Of a stretch of 64,000 nt of DNA, positions 56,999-64,000 are shown piece by piece (within the stretch, counting starts at the first letter, position 1; each line of letters opens with the position of its first letter). A program made the translations under genes and the position numbers. The notes under the pieces are model-generated. The model saw nothing but the letters and a program-made list of their open reading frames with translations, was not told the DNA's origin and searched no databases. Source of the DNA: Longimicrobiales bacterium (lineage in GTDB: Bacteria > Gemmatimonadota > Gemmatimonadetes > Longimicrobiales > Gaopeijiaceae); NCBI GenBank assembly GCA_028279425.1, contig JANQNV010000132.1:19015-83014 (forward strand), written 5' to 3'.

Positions 56999-57345
56999 GA
57001 CCCTCCGGCCTCACCCGGCGAGAGCCTCGGCCCCTTCAGACCGCCGAGCACATCGGCATACATGCTCAGCTCGGCGACGAGTGTCCGGCGTCCGCCGGGC
57101 GTCAACCCGAAGTACTGACGGCGGGGATCACCCGCTTCTACCGCGACCTCCTCGGCTGGGACTTCCTTCACGAGACCGCGCTCCGCGAGGCGGTTGAGCA
57201 CTCGGTAGAGATTCCCGGGCCGCACCTCGATGCGCCCCCGCGAGAGCTCCTGGATGCGCTCGACCAACTCGTACCCGTAGCGGGCTCGATCTTCGAGCCC
57301 GGAGAGCACGAGGAGTTCGACCGGGGTGAGCGGAGACTCGGGCAT
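56995..57345 (-). CDS. PadR-family regulator
   Basis: YGYEL..PGNLYRVLNRL..RRQYFGLT. Confidence 0.92.
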   Translation of the reverse strand: MPESPLTPVELLVLSGLEDRARYGYELVERIQELSRGRIEVRPGNLYRVLNRLAERGLVKEVPAEEVAVEAGDPRRQYFGLTPGGRRTLVAELSMYADVLGGLKGPRLSPGEAGGS

Positions 57346-57371
57346 GGGGATTCCTGTGGCGGCAACGCGTA

Positions 57372-57403
57372 ATACTCATATTGAGTATGCTCAGGGTGAG
57401 TAA
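57372..57403. promoter_or_regulatory. Overlapping tandem PadR operator palindromes
   Basis: ATACTCA-TAT-TGAGTAT (57372-57388) and ATGCTCA-GGG-TGAGTAA (57387-57403), upstream of the minus-strand padR. Confidence 0.65.
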
Positions 57404-57500
57404 TGGCGCAAGACTGCCGATGTAGCCGCGCGAAAGACGTGTATTCACGCCACGTGATGTACGTGAGATCGCGCCGCCGCCACTCGCGCGATGGAGAGCT

Positions 57501-58562
57501 CTACCTCTCCACCCAGGTGAGCTTGGCCAGCGCCACCCACGGCACCGGCTCCAGACCCGACACGATCCAGCCGCCCTCGACCTCCGCGCGGAGGTGCGCA
57601 CCGCTCGGTATGGACCACCAGTCGAACCCGCCGTCCTCCCGCTCGATGGCGACCTGGGACTCCTCGCTGGATTCGAAGTCGGAGTAACGGATGTACTGGA
57701 GCGCCAAACGGTCGTCGCTGGTGAGGGACGCCCCGACCAGGATGTGAAATCCCTCGGCGGTCGACGGCGCAGTGGTTATCCCCAGCTCGCTGGCCACGAG
57801 TTCACGGGGTACGAACCCGGGTACCGTAACCCTCGAGACCTCCTGGGACTCGAGATCCCAAGCGATGGGATCGCCCATCGCCTCCGGGACGAAGATGACG
57901 CGTCGGTGGGTTTCGTCGCACAAGACGGTGCCTACCAAGGCGAAGGGCTCGAGGAACCGGTTCTCCGGTGGCTCGAGCAGACCGATGGAATCCGAAATCG
58001 CGCCGGCTCCGTCGATTCGGCTGACGACGGCCTGGGTGTTGTGCCTCGCCACGAAGACTTCCTCGCCTAGAGTGCAGAGCCCGTATGCCACGTTGGGAAG
58101 GGCAAGCCGGTGGCTGAACCGAAGCGAGTCGTCCAGCGCGAAGAACTGAAGGCCGCCGTTGCCTGGGTCCAGGAGGACCACCTCGCTCGGCGATCGCAGG
58201 CCTACGCCTTCCGGAAAGGACAGCTCCCCCGGGCCCTCGCCCACCCGATCCAGCCCGGGTAGCGCGTTGCCGGCCCAATCGAAGCGGCGCACCGCCTTCA
58301 TCATCTTGTCGACGACGACGACACCGTCGGCGGTTGGGACGACGTCGTCGATCGACCCGAAGGTGAAGTCCATCCCAAACTCGACGGTTCGCTCGACCAG
58401 GATCTCGCCGGTCAGTCGAACGTCGTCATCGGCGTCCGAACAGCCGCCGAGGATGGCAACCCCGCACACCCCGCATCCGGTTGCCCACCGCCTGAGCGGC
58501 CTGAGTAGAGCCGACGATCGCACGCCCTCTAGCAGCTGAGCCGCACCGCGATCCCATTTCAC
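57501..58562 (-). CDS. 6-bladed beta-propeller lipoprotein
   Basis: Lipobox LGGC, RVGEGPGEL, C-terminal PVPWV. Confidence 0.78.
   Translation of the reverse strand: MKWDRGAAQLLEGVRSSALLRPLRRWATGCGVCGVAILGGCSDADDDVRLTGEILVERTVEFGMDFTFGSIDDVVPTADGVVVVDKMMKAVRRFDWAGNALPGLDRVGEGPGELSFPEGVGLRSPSEVVLLDPGNGGLQFFALDDSLRFSHRLALPNVAYGLCTLGEEVFVARHNTQAVVSRIDGAGAISDSIGLLEPPENRFLEPFALVGTVLCDETHRRVIFVPEAMGDPIAWDLESQEVSRVTVPGFVPRELVASELGITTAPSTAEGFHILVGASLTSDDRLALQYIRYSDFESSEESQVAIEREDGGFDWWSIPSGAHLRAEVEGGWIVSGLEPVPWVALAKLTWVER
57640..57711. repeat. 72-bp direct repeat, copy 1 (inside a propeller gene)
   Basis: Matches 63901-63972 at 69/72 positions by manual alignment. Confidence 0.9.
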
Positions 58563-58602
58563 CCTCGACCCCCACCCAACCGGGAATACTCTGCCCTCAA
58601 AC

Positions 58603-59820
58603 CTAGCGGCCAGGCGGCCGCTCGAACACCGCCTGTGCCACGTACGTCACGTCCAGCGGACCCGTGATGGGGGTGGTGAGCGTGTCGCCATGCACCGTTG
58701 CGACGCCGAGCGCAGGGATCCTCCAGGGCAGCGGCAACGTCCCTAGAAAGACCCCGTTCGGATCGAATACGTCGACGATCGACGCGTCTTCTGTGGGATC
58801 TGACGTCGAGAAGACCAGAAGGTGCCCGTCGCCGGTGGTGCGAATGCTCTGGACCACCTCGGGGATGATGCGGAAATCCGATCTCGAGGCCCCAACTTCT
58901 CTCAGGGCGCGCTCGACCATCTGGTCTTCGGAATCGGTCAGTCCGCGGGCGCGATGCGCGACGTGAACGACACGGAGGGTGTCGCCCGATGGCCCGAACT
59001 GGATCAAGCGTGCCCCGCCCGTGGGAGCCACCCAGAGGGTCCCATCGGGGCCCGGCGTCCACGCCATTCGCTCCAGGTAGTGCCGAGCGACCTGCGTGAG
59101 ACCAGATCCCGGCGGCACCACCATGGACGTGGTCGCGCGGAAGGGTCGGGCCACTGCCCAGATGGTGTCGGCTCGGTTGCTGCTGGGCGAAAAGTGGAGG
59201 ACTGCGATATCGCTCGGGTCCCGATCTCGCCTCCACGGAGCGGCGTCCAACAAAGCACCCCCGGGCGTCCAGTGAAGCGGCTGCTGGCGTGCGAGGATCG
59301 CGACCATGGGTCGTGGGTGGGTCGCGAGGAGTTCGCCCTCCGGGGTCCACTTGCTGTATCGCGCTCGAAAGCCCTCGGCGACCCACAGCGCACCCTCGGG
59401 GTCGAAGACCATCCCCGTCGGTGACCGAAACTCCTTCGGACCTTCTCCAAGTCGACCGAAGTGGTGAACGTAGCGCCCTTGCGCGTCGAACTCAGTGATT
59501 CGCCCGGCATTGTAGTCCAGTACGAAAACGCCGCCTTCGGGACCGGGGACCGCCGTCACGAGTGCCGACGAAAACGTCGCTTCGTCCGAACCCGAGATCG
59601 AACCGATCCTCAGGAACTCCCGCACCTCCCAGCCCTCACCCGCTCGCCACAGCCCGTTGGCCTCGTTCCAGACGTGCGCCACACCCCCGACGGTGTCGAT
59701 CCGAGCGCTCGGGCGCTGTGCGTCACCGGTCCACTTGACCTCCTCACAGGCTGAAAGGCCGAACACCCCGCACACCAAGGCGATCCATGCGAACCGTGAG
59801 CCGCCGGGGGGACTCGTCAC
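58603..59820 (-). CDS. 6-bladed beta-propeller lipoprotein
   Basis: Lipobox LSAC, IDTVGGV, FGRLGEGPKEF, GPLDVTYV. Confidence 0.82.
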   Translation of the reverse strand: MTSPPGGSRFAWIALVCGVFGLSACEEVKWTGDAQRPSARIDTVGGVAHVWNEANGLWRAGEGWEVREFLRIGSISGSDEATFSSALVTAVPGPEGGVFVLDYNAGRITEFDAQGRYVHHFGRLGEGPKEFRSPTGMVFDPEGALWVAEGFRARYSKWTPEGELLATHPRPMVAILARQQPLHWTPGGALLDAAPWRRDRDPSDIAVLHFSPSSNRADTIWAVARPFRATTSMVVPPGSGLTQVARHYLERMAWTPGPDGTLWVAPTGGARLIQFGPSGDTLRVVHVAHRARGLTDSEDQMVERALREVGASRSDFRIIPEVVQSIRTTGDGHLLVFSTSDPTEDASIVDVFDPNGVFLGTLPLPWRIPALGVATVHGDTLTTPITGPLDVTYVAQAVFERPPGR

Positions 59821-59842
59821 GGGACCCTCACGCCGGACCCGT

Positions 59843-60466
59843 TCACCGCACCGTGACGGTCTCGACCAAGCTCCGGTCGGAGACCACGAGCGTCAGCCTG
59901 CCGGTGCCCGAGGCCCGACCAAACAGCCGCGCGGTCAGCGACTGTCCGGCAGAGAGCAGGGCCACATCGTCTTGATCGAAACTCCATGAAACCCGGTGGC
60001 CCACGAGGCTCACCGGCGCACCCTGCGAGTCGACGACCCACGCAGTGAGGTCGAGCCCCTCGCCGCGACTCAACACGATGGGCGACGGCTGGATCGACAG
60101 CAGGAGGTCGCCCTCGGGCACGACGAAGACCCGCGTGGTCGCGACACCTCGCCCGATCTCGGCGCGCACCGCCCCACTCCCGACGTCAAGTCCGCGAACG
60201 GTCGTTTGAGCCCCCAGCGTGTCGGAAACCGACACGGCCTCGCCCTCTGCGATCCACCGTACGAACGGAGTACGATCCAGGAGCGCGTCGCCTCGGTTGT
60301 CTCTCGGGACGGCCTCGATGACCGCCTCCTCGTCGGGTCGGAGGAAGGCGGAATCCGGTCGGAGGGTGACATCGGCGACGAAGAGAGGGCGCACGGACTC
60401 CGCGCAGCCGCCCGAGAGCGTCGCCGCCGCGGCGAGGACTACCAGTGTGCCGCCGAAGCGACTCAT
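59843..60466 (-). CDS. Lipoprotein with two Ig-like domains
   Basis: ATGA overlap with the TBDR stop; lipobox SGGC; TLRPDSAFL..AVPRDNRG..VRW. Confidence 0.7.
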   Translation of the reverse strand: MSRFGGTLVVLAAAATLSGGCAESVRPLFVADVTLRPDSAFLRPDEEAVIEAVPRDNRGDALLDRTPFVRWIAEGEAVSVSDTLGAQTTVRGLDVGSGAVRAEIGRGVATTRVFVVPEGDLLLSIQPSPIVLSRGEGLDLTAWVVDSQGAPVSLVGHRVSWSFDQDDVALLSAGQSLTARLFGRASGTGRLTLVVSDRSLVETVTVR

Positions 60467-63400
60467 CGACCCAACTCGAGTCGCATACCGAACTGGAGCT
60501 GCCACTGCGACCGAGCGGGTACAGGAGTCCAGGGGGACGCGGGAGCGAGGGAGCCGTCCTCGGCCCGGATGGCGGCGCCCGACCAACGTGAAATCAGGGG
60601 CGCCGGGGGCTGACCAGGCCCCGCCTCGCCTCGCTCGATCGGATCCACGAGTGGAACCACCGCCCGGACGGTCTCCACCCTTCCCCACGTCGAGTTCAGC
60701 AGGTTGAGCAGGTTCACCGCATCCAACTCCAGCTCGATCCGGCCCCAGCCCAGCGGCAGGCTCTGCGTGACCCTCGCGTCGAGGGAGTTCTGCCAGGGCG
60801 CCCTGCAGGTGTTTCGACCCACGATGGCACCAACGCGGTCGCGTAGACAGCCGATCTCCGAGATCGCTTGGGTCAGCAGCCCTCTCGAGGCCGAGGTCAG
60901 GAACAGTTCCGAGGGTGGATCAGGGACATAGAAGAGATCGTTCGTGCGCTCGAAGGCGGCCCCGAGTCCGGGATACCCATCCGCGTTGATATCGCCGCCG
61001 TACACGAACGAAAAAGGGGCTCCGGACTGGCCGACATAGAGCAATGACACACGTGGGCCGCGATCGCCGATGGGCTCGCCGCTGAGAGAGGCCACGAGTT
61101 TGTGAGGCCGCTGAAAGTTGGAGGGCGCGAGCGGCTGCCGGTTCGGGTCGGTTTGGACCGGGGTGAACCCGAAGTTCGACACCATGTCGGTCGACACGAG
61201 ACTCATCCGGTCTCGGGCCACCGAGTAGGTGTAGCCGAGTCGGGTTGCCACGTCCCGCAGACGTCCTTGGAACTCGACCGTCGCCGCCGCCGCCCAATCC
61301 TCGCTTTCGTTGGACGCGAGCAACACTTGCCCGAAGCGAGAATCCAGCCGGTTGGGGGCGAAACCCGACGGTACCCCTCGCCCATGGTACGTTCGCAAGG
61401 AGCCCCCGAATCCTTCGATGGGTCCCAACTCACCTGGAGCCCCCAGGTTCAGCTCCGACAACACGACCTGGTTGAACGCCCGGTTGTAGAGTAGTCCGGC
61501 CGATATCGTCGATTCGCCGATGCGGTGGTCGACACCCAGGGATATCCGGTAGTCCTGGGGAAACCGGAAGTCGGAGGCGAACACGGTCACGTTCCGGATC
61601 TGCTCAGGAGCCGTGAACGTGCAGGACTCCGGAAGGGTTCCCGTCCATTCGGGAATGTTTCCCCCGGTGCAGACGTTGACAGTGGCGCGAGCCCCGTCGT
61701 TTTGAAGCGCGTCGGCCATCCAAACGAACGGTACCTGCCCGTTGAACAGACCCATGCCTCCGCGGACCTGGGTGTCTCCTACCCCGTCGTCGGACTGCCA
61801 GTTGAAGGACAACCGTGGGGAGAGAAGCGGGTTTCCGCTGGGCAGGACGCCCGTGTCCCACCCGAAGAAGTTCAAGACGTCCCAATTGCGCGTAGCGTCG
61901 GACTGCACCCAGGGAACGTCCACGCGCAGACCGAATCGAAGCGTCAGACCCTTTCCAGCGTCGAGCTCACTCTGTGCCAGGAGGCCTGCTTCCCAGACGC
62001 TGAAATCGGTTGCGCTCCCGCCGCGGGACGTGCTCCACTGGAACTCGGTCGGTGCCCGATCCACGACGGCCGACACACTCGGGAACCGGAAGGCGCCCGA
62101 GGCGGCGGGAAGGTAGTCGACCTCGAACGCATAGCGGGCCAATGAAGCGCCGAATGTGATCGTGGTGCGGCCCCGCACGAAACTCAAATGGTCTGTGATT
62201 CGAAGCTGCGACTGCCGTAGCGAGTTTCGTTGGGCGGTGAGCCGCGCACCCGCCCGGACGTCTCGCAGGTACGCAACGCCGTCGACCGAACTGAGCACGG
62301 ATACGTCGATCTGGGGCCATGCAACGGGTGGATCCGAGTCGTCGGAGCTGGACTGGAGGAGCACGGACAGTTCGTTCGTGCCGGCTCTGCCGAGGATCGA
62401 TGTCAGCTCGGCAGACAGAGAGTTCGAGGTCGCGCTGCGCCGGACGCCGTTGGATGACAGGCCATATGGGTCGAATCCCAGACGATTCGGTGCGTCGTCG
62501 TTTTCTGCCCTCGCCAGGAGTTCTCGAACCGAGAGGCGGTGCGACGCGCCGAGCTGCGCATCGAATCGGGCGAAGACGTTGAGGAGCTCGCGATCGAGTT
62601 CGAGTTTGCCATAGCTGCCGGGCGCCTCCCCGACGAAACTTCGGATGGCTTCGCTGGCATCCTCAACCTCGGCGACGCCAAGGCGGGTCGTCGACGCTGG
62701 TTCGCGACCGAGCAAGAAGCCCTGGGGAGGGCTCGTCTGGCGTTCGAACTCCGTCGCCACGAAGAAGTGGGCTCGGTCGCGAATCACGGGGCCTCCGAGG
62801 GAGAACCCGCCGAGAGTGCGGGATACGCCACTTCCCTCCACGGGCCCCGACTGGAGCACGAGCGACCCGCCCAACTGGGGAGCACGCTGCGCGGCGAACA
62901 CCCTTGACTGGAGTTCGTTGGTGCCTGACCTCGTGACCGCGTTCAACACGCCGCCCGTGAACCCCGAGAGCCGCACGTCGTACGGCGCCACGAGCACTTC
63001 GTACTGGGCTACGGCGTCGATCGGAATCAACTTGGCGCCGGCCTGTCCCCCTGGAAGCCCTCCCGGCGTGAGTCCGAACGGATCCTTGGCCGGAAGGCCA
63101 TCGATGAGCAGGGAGTTGTATCGTTCGTTTTGACCGGCAATCGAGAGCCCGCCCGACTCGGTTCTCGTCACGAGTGGTGAGAGGACTGCGAGATCCGTGA
63201 TTTCTCTCGATATCAGCGGAACGCTCAGGAGTTCGTCGGCCGAGACGAGAGTCACGGGGCCAACTCGCCCTGGGTCGAAGAGGTCGGCGCGTGCAGACTC
63301 CACGTCGATCCCTTCAACCTCGATGGCCTCGATCGACATGATGAACCGAAGGAGGCGTGTCTCTCCCACGATCAGTTGGATGTCGGCCAACTCGATGGGG

Positions 63401-63750
63401 GCAAAGCCGAGGAGGGCGATCGTGAGGCGGTACGGCCCGCCCGGTTGGAGTCCCAACAGAAGAAACTGCCCGGAGGCGTTCGTAAGCGCGGTACGCTCGA
63501 CGCCCGTCCTGAGGTCTTCGAGCGACGCGAGCGCCTGGGTGGCGGGCGTACCGTCCGGAAGCGTGACACTCCCGCGAATAGCCGACGAGCTACGGCTCTG
63601 GGCCGAAGCGGGCTGGGTCGCGCAGGCGATGAGCGATGCCCAGGCGCACCAGAGCAGCGCGATGCCGCCCGCCCGGCTCGCCCGAAGGGCCAGCTGGGCG
63701 GCGCGGTGCTCCCGTCGTACTCGTGTGGGACGGGCCCGATCCGGTATCAC
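60463..63750 (-). CDS. TonB-dependent receptor, Oar-like, with carboxypeptidase-regulatory N-domain
   Basis: IRGSV..TNASGQF..LQPGGPY; GQNERYNSLLIDG; APYDVRLSGFTGGVLNAVTRSGTN; QLQFGMR C-terminus. Confidence 0.92.
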   Translation of the reverse strand: MIPDRARPTRVRREHRAAQLALRASRAGGIALLWCAWASLIACATQPASAQSRSSSAIRGSVTLPDGTPATQALASLEDLRTGVERTALTNASGQFLLLGLQPGGPYRLTIALLGFAPIELADIQLIVGETRLLRFIMSIEAIEVEGIDVESARADLFDPGRVGPVTLVSADELLSVPLISREITDLAVLSPLVTRTESGGLSIAGQNERYNSLLIDGLPAKDPFGLTPGGLPGGQAGAKLIPIDAVAQYEVLVAPYDVRLSGFTGGVLNAVTRSGTNELQSRVFAAQRAPQLGGSLVLQSGPVEGSGVSRTLGGFSLGGPVIRDRAHFFVATEFERQTSPPQGFLLGREPASTTRLGVAEVEDASEAIRSFVGEAPGSYGKLELDRELLNVFARFDAQLGASHRLSVRELLARAENDDAPNRLGFDPYGLSSNGVRRSATSNSLSAELTSILGRAGTNELSVLLQSSSDDSDPPVAWPQIDVSVLSSVDGVAYLRDVRAGARLTAQRNSLRQSQLRITDHLSFVRGRTTITFGASLARYAFEVDYLPAASGAFRFPSVSAVVDRAPTEFQWSTSRGGSATDFSVWEAGLLAQSELDAGKGLTLRFGLRVDVPWVQSDATRNWDVLNFFGWDTGVLPSGNPLLSPRLSFNWQSDDGVGDTQVRGGMGLFNGQVPFVWMADALQNDGARATVNVCTGGNIPEWTGTLPESCTFTAPEQIRNVTVFASDFRFPQDYRISLGVDHRIGESTISAGLLYNRAFNQVVLSELNLGAPGELGPIEGFGGSLRTYHGRGVPSGFAPNRLDSRFGQVLLASNESEDWAAAATVEFQGRLRDVATRLGYTYSVARDRMSLVSTDMVSNFGFTPVQTDPNRQPLAPSNFQRPHKLVASLSGEPIGDRGPRVSLLYVGQSGAPFSFVYGGDINADGYPGLGAAFERTNDLFYVPDPPSELFLTSASRGLLTQAISEIGCLRDRVGAIVGRNTCRAPWQNSLDARVTQSLPLGWGRIELELDAVNLLNLLNSTWGRVETVRAVVPLVDPIERGEAGPGQPPAPLISRWSGAAIRAEDGSLAPASPWTPVPARSQWQLQFGMRLELGR

Positions 63751-63900
63751 GAGTGTCCCCCTACAGAGGCGGCTACCGTCGGCGCGGCGCGTCTACGCTG
63801 CGATGCCTGCCGAGCCAACAGGCATCCTATGGATCGGTACTGGCGAGGGAAAGGGCCAGGACCTCTCGCCGCTTTCTGCCCTGATCGGACGAGCCCCTCT

Positions 63901-63972
63901 CGCTCGTTGGCGACCTGGGACTTCTCGCTGGATTCGAAGTCGGAGTAGCGGATGTACTGGAGCGCCAAACGG
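63901..63972. repeat. 72-bp direct repeat, copy 2 (orphan propeller fragment upstream of the TBDR)
   Basis: Encodes LALQYIRYSDFESSEKSQVANER versus LALQYIRYSDFESSEESQVAIER in 57501-58562; flanks diverge. Confidence 0.9.
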
Positions 63973-64000
63973 ACTTCGGAGAGCACAACAGGCAATCCGC

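Noticed and set aside
1-64000. CRISPR array, rRNA, integrase/transposase, reverse transcriptase
   Set aside because: No regularly spaced repeats or diagnostic motifs were seen by eye.

Overview
High-GC bacterial chromosome segment spanning the replication origin; gene content (ADOP permeases with PadR, many 6-bladed beta-propeller lipoproteins, Oar-like TonB receptor) suggests Gemmatimonadota, which is an inference. It opens with yidC-yidD-rnpA-rpmH <> dnaA-oriC-dnaN >< pyrE. Next come a lipoprotein/histidine kinase/sigma54-activator/coiled-coil/beta-barrel operon and a divergent eight-gene lipid cluster that looks like an anionic sphingolipid pathway (SPT-like enzyme, ADC-like protein, DAG/ceramide kinase, thioesterase, PPTase | acyltransferase, Tam41-like nucleotidyltransferase, CDP-alcohol phosphotransferase). 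The rest is accessory: an orphan PARP-like ADP-ribosyltransferase, ten paralogous propeller lipoprotein genes, tRNA-Asn/tdk, an ECF42-YciI pair, two antitoxins with truncated toxins, two PadR-ADOP pairs with visible operators, a Cys/His-rich exported protein and a TonB-receptor operon. The strongest candidates for an undescribed system are (1) an unannotated 23-aa Trp-terminated micropeptide with a perfect RBS directly upstream of a membrane HD-GYP receptor, facing STAND-TPR and AraC regulators, (2) the sphingolipid-like cluster, and (3) a three-gene TIGR04255-like/antitoxin-like/ART-toxin-like cassette. No CRISPR array, rRNA, integrase or transposase was seen. All family assignments come from motif recognition by eye, not from database searches.
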